In this document: positions 1 to 9,660 of the stretch, piece by piece
Numbering within the stretch: the first letter of the stretch is position 1
Layout of the letters: each line of letters opens with the position of its first letter
Virus record (IMG/VR): IMGVR_UViG_3300024987_000055
DNA length: 64,000 bases
Direction: 5' to 3' (one strand)
DNA from: a virus
The notes under the pieces: generated by a model
Databases searched by the model: none
What the model saw: only the letters and a program-made list of their open reading frames with translations
Told to the model about the DNA's origin: nothing
Program-made: the position numbers and the translations under genes

Positions 1-33
1 TCAATATGGCAAGGCGCCGGGTTCTTATCCTAC
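1..33 (+). mobile_element. Probable 3' end (domain VI) of a group II intron inserted in traG
   Basis: ..AATATGGCAAGGCGCCGGGTTCTTATCCTAC resembles the 3' ends of LtrA/ML-class introns as I recall them and ends in AY; TraG-like sequence starts exactly at nt 34 (AYTTEE). Confidence 0.55.
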
Positions 34-156
34 GCCTACACTACAGAAGAAGTTGAAAAATTGGAAGTCATGCAGCTTGCGGAAGAATTGGATGGAAATG
101 TAGAACTCGCTATCAAGCATCTCGCCCAACAAAGGCGGGATCAAGAAAATCAATAA
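34..156 (+). CDS. traG: TraG (VirB4-like ATPase) C-terminal end, partial
   Basis: Frame 1 reads AYTTEEVEKLEVMQLAEELDGNVELAIKHL, typical of the Bacteroidota TraG C-terminus; directly upstream of traI. Confidence 0.7.
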   Translation, partial: AYTTEEVEKLEVMQLAEELDGNVELAIKHLAQQRRDQENQ

Positions 157-204
157 CAATTATCTCACAATGAGCTTGCAAAAGCTCGGTTTAAAAATCA
201 AAAA

Positions 205-837
205 ATGAAAAAGATCATTTATCTCGTATGTACTGCCCTAATACTGGCAGTAGTGCCATCAGCAAAAGCTCAATTTATCGTTGCTGATCCGGCGAATCTT
301 GCCTCCGGCATTTTAAATAGTGCTAACGAAATTATCCAAACCTCATCTACGGTCAGCAATGTGGTTAAAAATTTCAAAGAAGTGGAGAAGGTTTACAATC
401 AGGGAAAAGAATATTACGACAAGCTTAAAACGGTCAGTAATCTCGTAAAAGATGCCCGAAAGGTGCAACAAACCGTATTGCTCGTTGGGGATGTATCCGA
501 AATGTACGTTAAAAATTTCGGTAAAATGATGAACGATCCCCACTTCACTCCCCAGGAGCTTGTTGCAATAGGAAACGGATATTCGGCTTTGCTGAATGAG
601 AGTACGGAACTACTTAAAGATTTAAAACAGATTATCAGTAGCTCCAGCCTTTCGCTCAATGATAAGGAGCGGATGGATATTATTGACCGGGTGTATAAAG
701 AAGTGAAAGAGTATCATAACCTGGTGAGGTATTATACGAATAAAAATATTTCTGTCAGCTATTTGCGTGCAAAGAAAAAGAAAGACGGAAAGAGCGTCCT
801 CGATCTATATGGTAGTCCATCTCAAAAATACTGGTAG
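205..837 (+). CDS. traI: Conjugative transposon protein TraI (DUF4141)
   Basis: Signal peptide followed by AQFIVADPANLASGILNS; position before traJ. Confidence 0.85.
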   Translation: MKKIIYLVCTALILAVVPSAKAQFIVADPANLASGILNSANEIIQTSSTVSNVVKNFKEVEKVYNQGKEYYDKLKTVSNLVKDARKVQQTVLLVGDVSEMYVKNFGKMMNDPHFTPQELVAIGNGYSALLNESTELLKDLKQIISSSSLSLNDKERMDIIDRVYKEVKEYHNLVRYYTNKNISVSYLRAKKKKDGKSVLDLYGSPSQKYW

Positions 838-839
838 CT

Positions 840-1835
840 ATGGAATGGAATAATCTTCACGAACTCCTGCGGTCACTCTATGATGACATGATGCCATTCG
901 TAGACAACATGGCTGGTTTAGCAAAGGGCATTGCGGGTCTGGGAGCTTTGTTTTACGTGTCCTTACGCGTGTGGCAGGCATTAAGCCGGGCGGAGCCTAT
1001 TGATGTATTTGCCTTATTAAGACCTTTTGCTTTGGGACTATGTATAATGTTCTTTAGTACTATCGTTTTAGGAACCATCAATACGGTACTCAGTCCATTT
1101 GTATCAGGCACACATGAGATGCTGGAAGATCAGGTCTTGGATCTGAACAAATTGCAAGAGCAAAAAGATCAATTGGAATATGAGGCCATGATCCGAAATC
1201 CTGAAACCGCTTTCATCGTTTCAGATGAAGAATTTGATAAAAAGCTGGATGAATTAGGATGGATGCCATCTGACATCAGTACTATGGCAGGCATGTACCT
1301 GGACAGGACAGAATATAAAATGGAAAAAGCAATGAAAGACTGGTTCCGTAATCTGTTAGAAATTCTCTTTCAGGCGGCAGCATTAGTAATAGATACGATA
1401 CGAACCTTTTTCCTCATTGTCCTATCTATACTTGGTCCCATATCCTTCGCGCTCAGTATCTGGGACGGATTTCAGCATACACTTTCAAAATGGTTAGCGA
1501 GGTATATCAGTATCTATTTGTGGCTACCTGTTTCGGATCTGCTCAGCTCCATGTTGGCAAGGATACAATCCTTGATTCTTGAAAAAGATATCGCAAATCT
1601 TTCTGATCCCACCTTTATACCGGATACCAGCAATACAGTTTATATCATTTTTATGATCATAGGTATCGTGGGATATTTCACAATTCCTACGGTAACCGGA
1701 TGGATCATTGAAACTGGTGGAGCCGGCAATTTTATGAGAAATATTCAGCGCACAGGATCGACCGCAGCCAATGTTGCAGGAGCAGCAACGGGTTCAACGG
1801 CTGGTAATATAGGCGGCCAATTGATAAAAAAATAG
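840..1835 (+). CDS. traJ: Conjugative transposon TraJ (VirB6-like)
   Basis: Multi-TM; IAGLGALFYV..RAEPIDVF..LRPF; YISIYLWLPV. Confidence 0.92.
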   Translation: MEWNNLHELLRSLYDDMMPFVDNMAGLAKGIAGLGALFYVSLRVWQALSRAEPIDVFALLRPFALGLCIMFFSTIVLGTINTVLSPFVSGTHEMLEDQVLDLNKLQEQKDQLEYEAMIRNPETAFIVSDEEFDKKLDELGWMPSDISTMAGMYLDRTEYKMEKAMKDWFRNLLEILFQAAALVIDTIRTFFLIVLSILGPISFALSIWDGFQHTLSKWLARYISIYLWLPVSDLLSSMLARIQSLILEKDIANLSDPTFIPDTSNTVYIIFMIIGIVGYFTIPTVTGWIIETGGAGNFMRNIQRTGSTAANVAGAATGSTAGNIGGQLIKK

Positions 1836-1857
1836 TTAAGCATCTTCAATTAAAGTC

Positions 1858-2481
1858 ATGGAATTTAAAACATTAAGAAATATAGAAAACAGCTTCCGGC
1901 AGACCAGGCTATATGCTATCGTATTTGCAATTGTCTGCGCCGCCATTTGCGGATTTACAATTTGGAAGTCCTACAGTTTTGCGGAACAGCAAAGGCAAAA
2001 GGTTTATGTATTGGACAGCGGAAAATCGTTGATGCTGGCGCTCTCCCAAGACGCCAGTATCAATCGACCTGTTGAGGCCAGGGAGCATGTGAGACGTTTC
2101 CATGAGCTCTTCTTTACACTGGCACCGGATAAAAGCGCTATTGAGAGTAATATGAAACGTGCGTTTCATCTGGCTGATAAGTCAGCTTTCGATTATTATA
2201 AGGATTTATCTGAAAAGGGCTATTATAACAGGATCATATCCGGAAATGTACAGCAACGGGTGGAAGTGGACAGTGTGGTTTGTGATTTTGACCATTATCC
2301 CTATTCGGTTCGAACCTATGCCAAACAGTTTATCATCCGTTCCAGTAATGTGACCCGTCGAAACCTGGTTACAACCTGTAATCTCCTGAACTCGGTGCGT
2401 TCTGACAATAATCCGCAGGGGTTCAATATCGAAAAGTTTGCCGTTGTCGAAAACCGGGATATCGAAATTATTGAACGCTAA
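1858..2481 (+). CDS. traK: Conjugative transposon TraK (VirB8-like)
   Basis: MEFKTLRNIENSF, EAREHVRRFHELFFTL, RSDNNPQGF. Confidence 0.95.
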   Translation: MEFKTLRNIENSFRQTRLYAIVFAIVCAAICGFTIWKSYSFAEQQRQKVYVLDSGKSLMLALSQDASINRPVEAREHVRRFHELFFTLAPDKSAIESNMKRAFHLADKSAFDYYKDLSEKGYYNRIISGNVQQRVEVDSVVCDFDHYPYSVRTYAKQFIIRSSNVTRRNLVTTCNLLNSVRSDNNPQGFNIEKFAVVENRDIEIIER

Positions 2482-2546
2482 TGATGGGCATATATTGCCT
2501 TAACCTGTGAAGCGCCTTACAGGTTCTAATTCTATAAATCATCGGC

Positions 2547-2834
2547 ATGGAAAAATTTAAAGCAAGTATTCGTCAATGGGTAAAAAAGCTGGAGTATCGT
2601 TGGAATTGTTTGCCTTTAAAAAAGCAACAGCAATATATACGCATACTTTTCATGGCATACGCCCTCATAACGATTATAGTCCTGTGCTATGACTGTTCTG
2701 TCAGCTCAGAATCTGATCCTAAAATCAGGATCAAGCACATTAAAATCCCGGAGATTCCGGGCGGTAAAAGTCCTGCCAGTTTGCAGGACACAGTATCCAT
2801 CATAATAAATAATAAAGTTTATGAAAGAATCTAA
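2547..2834 (+). CDS. traL: TraL-like small membrane protein
   Basis: Single TM, located between traK and traM. Confidence 0.65.
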   Translation: MEKFKASIRQWVKKLEYRWNCLPLKKQQQYIRILFMAYALITIIVLCYDCSVSSESDPKIRIKHIKIPEIPGGKSPASLQDTVSIIINNKVYERI

Positions 2835-4152
2835 TAATAATATCAAGTTTCTTGTTGGCAAAAATGACCCAACAAAAGACCCTGACCCTGGAGACACAAC
2901 TAAAATCAATAAAGCCCGGATTAAAAAATCATTGATTTTCGGCCTTATGGGAATTGTGTTTGCCGCTAGTTTGTACCTAATCTTTAAACCTTCAAAAAAT
3001 AAATTAGAAAAGGACAATATAGGGTTGAATGATGCAGTACCACAGGCGACGGAGCCCGGAATGCAATCCGATAAACAAAAAGCTTATGAGTTGGATATGC
3101 TGGAACAGAAGGATCAGGAAAAGCGAAATGGCCTTACAACGCTTTCGGACTATTGGAGTTCGGAGCCAAACGATAAGCCCGTTGAAGATAATTCAGAGCA
3201 GACAAGTGACCAAAATTTTAGTGGTTCGGGCAATAACGGCAACAGATCAAGCAGTCCGGCACTGAATAGTTATCAGCGTGCCCAAAGTACATTAGGTTCC
3301 TTTTACCAGGATAACGATGCTGAAACTACTGTACTCAGACGAGAATTGGATGAGCTTAAACAAAAGTTGGCGGAAAAGGATGTTCCTAAGCAGGTGACTG
3401 TTGATGACCAGATAGCCTTGATGGAAAAATCCTATCAGATGGCAGCCAAATACCTCCCGACGAATTCAAAAACAGAAGACCCTGCTCCTACAATTGATAA
3501 AGGTACTAAGACTACAGGATCAAGTCAGAAAGAAACATTTATAGGTATTACACCTGCAAAAAAGAATTTTGTATCTGCCTTATACCGTGAGCCTTCGGAT
3601 AGTGCCTTTATAGCCCATTGGGGTGAAACCAGGAACAGGGGATTTTATACCTCCGGTTCTGTTGAACAAATGATGCAACCTAAAAACAGTATAAAGGCAA
3701 GTGTTTATGAAGAACAAACCGTCGTAGGTGAAGCTGGGGTACGACTTCGCTTATTGGAATCTGCACGTACACCATCCGGTATTATACCTGTTGGTACTCT
3801 AGTTACCGCTTTAGGCAAATTCCAGGGTGGACGATTACAGTTAAAAATAAGCTCCATAGAATTTGAGGGCAATATTATTCCTGTTGATATTACTATTTAT
3901 GATGTGGATGGCCAGGCGGGACTAAATGTTCCCTATTCCCCGGAAATGAATGCACTGACAGAGATGGCAGGCAACATGAGCCAGACTTCAGGATCTAGTA
4001 TTATGCTAACCCAATCTGCAGGTCAACAGGTTGCTGCGGATTTGAGCCGCGGTGTAGTGCAAGGGATTTCTGGCTATTTCGCTAAAAAAATACGGACACC
4101 GAAGGTAACCCTAAAAGCTGGTCATCAGGTTTTCCTGGTTTCAAAAAAATAA
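2821..4152 (+). CDS. traM: Conjugative transposon TraM (VirB10-like)
   Basis: N-terminal TM, coiled coil, C-terminal VRLRLLE..GRLQLKISSIE..YDVDGQAGL domain. Confidence 0.93.
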   Translation: MKESNNNIKFLVGKNDPTKDPDPGDTTKINKARIKKSLIFGLMGIVFAASLYLIFKPSKNKLEKDNIGLNDAVPQATEPGMQSDKQKAYELDMLEQKDQEKRNGLTTLSDYWSSEPNDKPVEDNSEQTSDQNFSGSGNNGNRSSSPALNSYQRAQSTLGSFYQDNDAETTVLRRELDELKQKLAEKDVPKQVTVDDQIALMEKSYQMAAKYLPTNSKTEDPAPTIDKGTKTTGSSQKETFIGITPAKKNFVSALYREPSDSAFIAHWGETRNRGFYTSGSVEQMMQPKNSIKASVYEEQTVVGEAGVRLRLLESARTPSGIIPVGTLVTALGKFQGGRLQLKISSIEFEGNIIPVDITIYDVDGQAGLNVPYSPEMNALTEMAGNMSQTSGSSIMLTQSAGQQVAADLSRGVVQGISGYFAKKIRTPKVTLKAGHQVFLVSKK

Positions 4153-5072
4153 TGTTTTACGCTATTAATATTTATAAAATGAAAAATATCTTTTTAATCA
4201 TTTGGGCAATTGCCCTTGTAATGGGTATCAAATTACCAGCTATGGCTCAGGATACTACTAAAGCACCGCTAACCTTGGGCAAAATTGAACCTTATAAAAT
4301 GGAAGTCACTTATGACAAGACTTCCCATTTGATCTTTCCTACCGGTATCCGCTATGTGGATCTGGGCAGCGAGTACTTGATAGCAGGAAAAGCCGAAGAC
4401 GCGGAAAATGTGCTACGTATCAAAGCATCAGTAAAAGACTTTGCCACTGAAACTAATTTCTCCGTCATTACCAATGATGGTAAGTTTTATAATTTCAATG
4501 TTTATTATAGTGCCTATCCGGAGGCTTTAAGCTATGACCTTGTAAATATGCAGAAAGCCGTGGATAAGGCCGGTGGTAACGATGTATTATTTGAGGAATT
4601 GGGAAACAATTCACCATCTCTTGCTGGCTTGCTACTGGAAACGATTTATAAAAAGGATAAGCGAAGCATTAAACACATTGGGGCTAAGAGTTTCGGTATC
4701 CAGTTTTTGCTCAAAGCAATTTACATTCATAATGGTAAATATTATTTCCATACAGAAATGGAGAATAAGAGCAATGTTCCTTTTCAGATTGACTTTATCA
4801 ATTTTAAGATCGTAGACAAAAAAGTGGCCAAGCGGACGGTAATCCAGGAGCGCGCCCTGATCCCACTTCGTACCTATAAACCCATGAATGAGGTTGGGGG
4901 AAAATCAAAAGATAAAAATGTATTCCTGTTGGACCAGTTTACGATAACAGATGACAAAGTGCTACTCATCGAAATTTTCGAAAAGAACGGAGGACGGCAT
5001 CAGACATTAGATGTTGAGAACTCCGATCTGGTCAATGCACTTTTGATCAATGAAATGCATCTCAAGTTTTAA
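4152..5072 (+). CDS. traN: Conjugative transposon TraN (VirB9-like)
   Basis: VTYDKTSHLIFP..YVDLGS..AENVLRIKA; start may be 4179. Confidence 0.93.
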   Translation: MFYAINIYKMKNIFLIIWAIALVMGIKLPAMAQDTTKAPLTLGKIEPYKMEVTYDKTSHLIFPTGIRYVDLGSEYLIAGKAEDAENVLRIKASVKDFATETNFSVITNDGKFYNFNVYYSAYPEALSYDLVNMQKAVDKAGGNDVLFEELGNNSPSLAGLLLETIYKKDKRSIKHIGAKSFGIQFLLKAIYIHNGKYYFHTEMENKSNVPFQIDFINFKIVDKKVAKRTVIQERALIPLRTYKPMNEVGGKSKDKNVFLLDQFTITDDKVLLIEIFEKNGGRHQTLDVENSDLVNALLINEMHLKF

Positions 5073-5094
5073 TTACCTTTTAAAAACTGAATTA

Positions 5095-5655
5095 ATGAAA
5101 AAATATATCTGTTTGGTGATAATCCTTTTATCAGGACTCACTGCAAGCCAGGCGCAAAGAATGTTGCCTAATCAAAAGGGGTTGGAAGTCAACGCCGGTG
5201 TTTTGTCATTCGATAAATTGGGTTCTGCATATTATCTGGGTATTGGAATGATAATGAATGGCCGAAATGGGAACTATGGCCTTTGGGAGATGCAATACAC
5301 GCATCTTTACCATACTTACAAAGAAATCACTATCCCGGTAGAAACTTATACTGCCGAAGGTGGCTATAGTATATTTCTGTTGGGCGATAGTCGAAAGAAT
5401 ATAGCACTGAACCTGGCGCTGACCGGAATTGTAGGTTATGAACGACTCAACAGAGGTGAAACTGTCCTTTATGATGGTGCAAAGATCTTAAGCAAAGAAA
5501 ATTGGATTTATGGTGCTGGTGGGCAGCTCCGGTTTGAGACTTACCTGACCAACAAATTTATTATAAGCTTACAGGGAAGAACAAGAGCCATATGGGGTAC
5601 CGATCTGGAACTTTTGCGCCCATCTGCTGGCTTGGGATTAAGGTTTAACTTTTAA
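5095..5655 (+). CDS. traO: Conjugative transposon TraO
   Basis: Signal peptide, AQRMLPNQKGLEV, beta-barrel-like C-terminus ending in F; start moved from 5050 to MKKYI. Confidence 0.88.
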   Translation: MKKYICLVIILLSGLTASQAQRMLPNQKGLEVNAGVLSFDKLGSAYYLGIGMIMNGRNGNYGLWEMQYTHLYHTYKEITIPVETYTAEGGYSIFLLGDSRKNIALNLALTGIVGYERLNRGETVLYDGAKILSKENWIYGAGGQLRFETYLTNKFIISLQGRTRAIWGTDLELLRPSAGLGLRFNF

Positions 5656-5666
5656 ATTCAAATACA

Positions 5667-6110
5667 ATGATGAATATGATAAATAAAATCAGAACAGGTC
5701 TTTTTACTATGCTGATAGTCCTGGTCAGCATTGGAACACTATTTACATTCGTGTCCTGTAAAAAGGATTTGAAAATACAGCAGGATTTCCTCTTTGAAGT
5801 AGAGGTCATGCCGGTACCAAAAGAAATTGCTAATAACAGTACGATCGAGATCCGGGTTACAATAAAGCGTACTGGTAATTATGCCGGAACCGGTTACTTT
5901 ATCCGGTATTTCCAATATGATGGGGTGGGGCAACTAAAATATTATGATGACCCCTCCTACCAACCTAATGACCTTTACCCTTTACAATCAGAGCAATTTA
6001 GGTTATACTATACTTCGCTATCCACGGTTTCGCAATCTTTTAGTATTTGGATTTCGGATAGCTTTGGTAATGAGAAGGAAGTAAAATTTGAGTTTAATAG
6101 TAAGGATTGA
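5667..6110 (+). CDS. traQ: TraQ lipoprotein (DUF3872)
   Basis: Lipobox FVSC; FEVEVMPVPK, YFIRYFQYDG, FRLYYTS. Confidence 0.88.
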   Translation: MMNMINKIRTGLFTMLIVLVSIGTLFTFVSCKKDLKIQQDFLFEVEVMPVPKEIANNSTIEIRVTIKRTGNYAGTGYFIRYFQYDGVGQLKYYDDPSYQPNDLYPLQSEQFRLYYTSLSTVSQSFSIWISDSFGNEKEVKFEFNSKD

Positions 6111-6111
6111 T

Positions 6112-6153
6112 ATATTAAGAGAGAACCGACACAAGTCGGTTCTCTCTTAATAT
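6112..6153. terminator. Bidirectional intrinsic terminator
   Basis: Perfect 19-bp inverted repeat ATATTAAGAGAGAACCGAC-acaa-GTCGGTTCTCTCTTAATAT between convergent traQ and katE. Confidence 0.85.
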
Positions 6154-6220
6154 TAAGCTGCTTTATTTAATTTAGATTGAGCATTAGGTTTTTCCAAACT
6201 TCTGAGCGTATAGGTAAATT

Positions 6221-8341
6221 CTAAGAAGGAACTTTTCTTGGTTTTTCTCGTTCCCAAATACGATGCCCTTTCATTGCTGTAATGAAATCATTTGTAAGGT
6301 CTTTTTTGCTTTCCAAAATCACGCCTTGGTCTTCTTTAACCAAAGTTTTCTTAATAAGTTCTTCTGCTCCTTTGGCAAAAGCAATAGCTTTACAATGACG
6401 GAATCCTTCATTAATGAATTGTATGTAATCGGAATTGTCAGCTAATTTCTTTACAGAATCGCCATCAGGGGTATAGAAAGCATCGTACAAAACAGAAGCA
6501 TCGGTCAGGTATGAATGTTTTACTTCTTCCATATCACCTTCTTTAAACTTGAGTTTTCCAACGTGTGAAGCAATCAAAACTGCTTGTGCGCCTTCTTTTT
6601 TCAGGGCTTTTTTCATTTTGTCTACAGAAGCTTTACTCACACCGTCATCTACCAGAAATGCGATTTTACGGGTTTCAATCAATCCCTCTCCGGGTTTAAT
6701 TTTCATACTTAAAGCTTCTGATTTTTCAACTTCTGGCATTTTGGGTTTGATCGGATATTCCGGATGATTCTGACGGGCAAACTTCAAGGTTAATTCATCC
6801 AGTTCTTTTGGAGGAGTCAAATTCAAGTTATCACCGACTTTTTTAGCTAAATCTTGATGCACTTGGTTCAAAATTGCCAATTCTCTTCGACGGATATTCT
6901 CATCATCTACCTTGGACAACTCAAAACTCAATGCACTGATAATATGTTCTTGCTCTTCCGAACTTTGGGAATTGAAAAACAATCGTGCCTGAGTGAAATG
7001 ATCAGCAAAGGAATCAGAACGAGCGCGGACTTTCGGAGCATCTATTTTCTGTTGGTGCGATTGGAATCCTTTTTCCCCTTTTAACATGGCGTGATATGGA
7101 CAGCCCTCAGCTTTGCTATTGGGAAAATAACTCACCGAACCTGTAGGAATATCCATTTTTGAAAAACCATCCTTTTGATTGTTGTGTTTGCCATTTACAG
7201 GACGATTTATCGGTAATTCGTGAAAATTCGGACCTCCCAAGCGATAATTTTGTGTATCCATATAGGAGAAAATTCTTCCCTGCAAAAGAGGATCGTCCGA
7301 TACATCTATTCCCGGGACCAACCTTCCCGGATCGAAAGCGGCCTGTTCGGTTTCGGCAAAGAAATTTTCAGGATTCCGGTTTAAAGACATTGTTCCGATA
7401 ATTTGCACCGGAACCAATTCTTCTGGGATGATTTTAGTCGGATCTAAAATGTCGAAAGAATATTTCATTTCATCTTCTTCAGGAATCAACTGTACGCCTA
7501 AATCCCATTGTGGGAAATCACCTTTTTCAATTGCTTCCCACAGGTCCCGGCGATGAAAATCCGCATCAAAACCAGAAATTTTCTGTGCTTCATTCCATGC
7601 CACAGAATGTACGCCTAAACGGGGTTTCCAATGGAATTTTACAAAAGTTGCTTTTCCGTTATCATTAACAAATTTGAAGGTATGTACGCCAAACCCTTCC
7701 ATCATCCTAAAGCTTCGTGGAATGGCCCTGTCTGACATCACCCACATAATCATATGGGCAGATTCGGGCATTAATGAGATGAAGTCCCAAAAGGTATTGT
7801 GAGCAGAAGCTGCCTGGGGCATTTCATTATTTGGCTCTGGTTTTACCGCATGTACTAAATCAGGAAAATTCATGGCATCCTGTATGAAGAATACCGGAAT
7901 ATTATTTCCAACTAAATCGTAATTCCCTTCTTCGGTATAGAATTTTACAGAAAATCCTCTCACATCTCTGGCGAGGTCTGTGGAACCTTTAAAACCCGCA
8001 ACAGTTGAAAAGCGGGTGAAGACAGGTGTCTTTGTTCCTTTTTTTAAAAAAGCAGCAGTGGTAAATTCTGATACATCGGCAGTGGCCTCAAATACTCCGT
8101 GAGCTGCCGAACCCCGAGCATGTACTACACGCTCGGGAATACGTTCCCGGTCGAAATGTGCCATTTTGTCAAAATAGACATGGTCTTGTTGTAGAGACGG
8201 ACCTCTATTTCCTGCTTTAAGCGTGTTATTGTTATCGTAAATTGGCACACCATCGTTGGTAGTCATTACCTTTTGATCGTTGTCGATGAAATGCTGGCCA
8301 AGCTGATCTTTTTTTGCATTTTTTTCTTTTTCCATTGCCAT
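6221..8341 (-). CDS. katE: Catalase HPII (large subunit, clade 2)
   Basis: FDRERIPERVVHARG, RDVRGFSVKFYTEEGNYDLVGNN, RIFSYMDTQ; C-terminal GATase/DJ-1-like domain. Confidence 0.97.
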   Translation of the reverse strand: MAMEKEKNAKKDQLGQHFIDNDQKVMTTNDGVPIYDNNNTLKAGNRGPSLQQDHVYFDKMAHFDRERIPERVVHARGSAAHGVFEATADVSEFTTAAFLKKGTKTPVFTRFSTVAGFKGSTDLARDVRGFSVKFYTEEGNYDLVGNNIPVFFIQDAMNFPDLVHAVKPEPNNEMPQAASAHNTFWDFISLMPESAHMIMWVMSDRAIPRSFRMMEGFGVHTFKFVNDNGKATFVKFHWKPRLGVHSVAWNEAQKISGFDADFHRRDLWEAIEKGDFPQWDLGVQLIPEEDEMKYSFDILDPTKIIPEELVPVQIIGTMSLNRNPENFFAETEQAAFDPGRLVPGIDVSDDPLLQGRIFSYMDTQNYRLGGPNFHELPINRPVNGKHNNQKDGFSKMDIPTGSVSYFPNSKAEGCPYHAMLKGEKGFQSHQQKIDAPKVRARSDSFADHFTQARLFFNSQSSEEQEHIISALSFELSKVDDENIRRRELAILNQVHQDLAKKVGDNLNLTPPKELDELTLKFARQNHPEYPIKPKMPEVEKSEALSMKIKPGEGLIETRKIAFLVDDGVSKASVDKMKKALKKEGAQAVLIASHVGKLKFKEGDMEEVKHSYLTDASVLYDAFYTPDGDSVKKLADNSDYIQFINEGFRHCKAIAFAKGAEELIKKTLVKEDQGVILESKKDLTNDFITAMKGHRIWEREKPRKVPS

Positions 8342-8657
8342 GAATTTTATGATTTATTGAAAATACTTCTTATTATTATTTCAATTTCAAAAAGAATAAA
8401 AATACAAAAATAAACTTTAAGTATTGTTTTGATAAGTTTCTTTAACACTATAAATAAAGAAAATAACAAATAGAGTTTGGCATAATAGATAAACCTCAAG
8501 GCTGCTAATTGTTGTTCAAAAAGATAAAGCAGATTCTATTATGTTAACATGTTTGCAGTATGTCTGTTAAATAATGGTTACTTATGAAGTATAATTAATA
8601 ATAAAAAATAATGTATGACAAACCTGTTATTTAAGAGAAATCAAAAGCACCTGAAAA

Positions 8658-9374
8658 TTATATGAAAAATGTATCCTTATTATCAAACTGAATGTTTGCT
8701 GATTGTGGGTGGTTGGTGAAATAGGTTTCTTCTTCTTCCCTTAAAATATTAGACTTGTTTATTTCCGGGTTTAGAATGGCGGTATTTTTATTGTAATTCA
8801 GATCTCTGACCGTTCTGGCCAGAGCAATAACTTTGAAGTCAACATCAGGGTACCAATCCAAAAGAGTTTTCCATGTTGCTCTTGCGGTTGCCCCGGTTGT
8901 AATAATATCATCTACAAACCAGAAGGTTTTAGTATTTCCAGACATAAATATTTGCGATAGGGCAAAATTATCTTTTACTATATTCCATCGTTCATCTTTT
9001 GATAAGCCTTTAAGTGGAGGAGTGACCTTTAACTTATGGATCATTCCGGCAACATACCGGGAGTTGGTCAATTTTGCCGCTCGGTTACATAATAAACTCA
9101 AAGGTTTTTTGTAGTCTGTACTTAAATCTACGTCTAATTCATTATGACCAAGGGCCCGAATTATTAATTCACTTTCATCCTTTGCAAATATGTTTTCGCA
9201 CAAGTTAAGGAAGTGATCCAACCAAAATTTTCTGGCATTATAGTAGCCGGCTTTAAATCCGATCAAATTTTTGGATAGGATATCAGTTACATTCTTACCA
9301 GGAATATATCCGCATAAATAATACACTGGTGCTTTTAAACCTTCCAAATATAACCACTCGTTGCAACTAATCAT
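8658..9374 (-). CDS. Type I phosphoribosyltransferase (ComF-like)
   Basis: PRPP-binding loop FVDDIITTGAT; start moved from 9581 to Met at 9374 because a promoter motif lies at 9487-9494. Confidence 0.75.
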   Translation of the reverse strand: MISCNEWLYLEGLKAPVYYLCGYIPGKNVTDILSKNLIGFKAGYYNARKFWLDHFLNLCENIFAKDESELIIRALGHNELDVDLSTDYKKPLSLLCNRAAKLTNSRYVAGMIHKLKVTPPLKGLSKDERWNIVKDNFALSQIFMSGNTKTFWFVDDIITTGATARATWKTLLDWYPDVDFKVIALARTVRDLNYNKNTAILNPEINKSNILREEEETYFTNHPQSANIQFDNKDTFFI

Positions 9375-9486
9375 TAAACAATATACAAAATAATTTATAA
9401 TCAGTTTAAAAATATCGAGTTGATAATCAGGTTTCTTTGCTACTTTCTTTTTCGGAAGCCTCACGAAAGAAAGTAGTTTCCATGTG

Positions 9487-9494
9487 CAAAGATA
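9487..9494 (-). promoter_or_regulatory. Bacteroidota sigma-ABfr -7 element
   Basis: TATCTTTG matches TAnnTTTG, 113 nt before the PRTase Met. Confidence 0.55.
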
Positions 9495-9602
9495 AAACGG
9501 GATATCAAATATCCCCCATGAAACACAGGCAACCTGTTTGGCAATTTTAGGGGAGTAAATGTGCGATTGGAGAATTGACAAAGTGGTTGCACCGATTCAA
9601 CC

Positions 9603-9645
9603 GCAAAAATGCGCTTCCGACTGGAGTTGGGAAGTGCATTTTTGC
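9603..9645 (-). terminator. Hairpin/terminator after ThiF gene
   Basis: GCAAAAATGCGCTTCCGACT-gg-AGTTGGGAAGTGCATTTTTGC, 16 nt past the stop codon. Confidence 0.65.
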
Positions 9646-9660
9646 CGCCTGGCAAACGCT

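Noticed and set aside
9375-9581. N-terminal 69 codons of the 307-aa ORF
   Set aside because: They overlap a perfect promoter motif and look non-coding; the start was moved to 9374.
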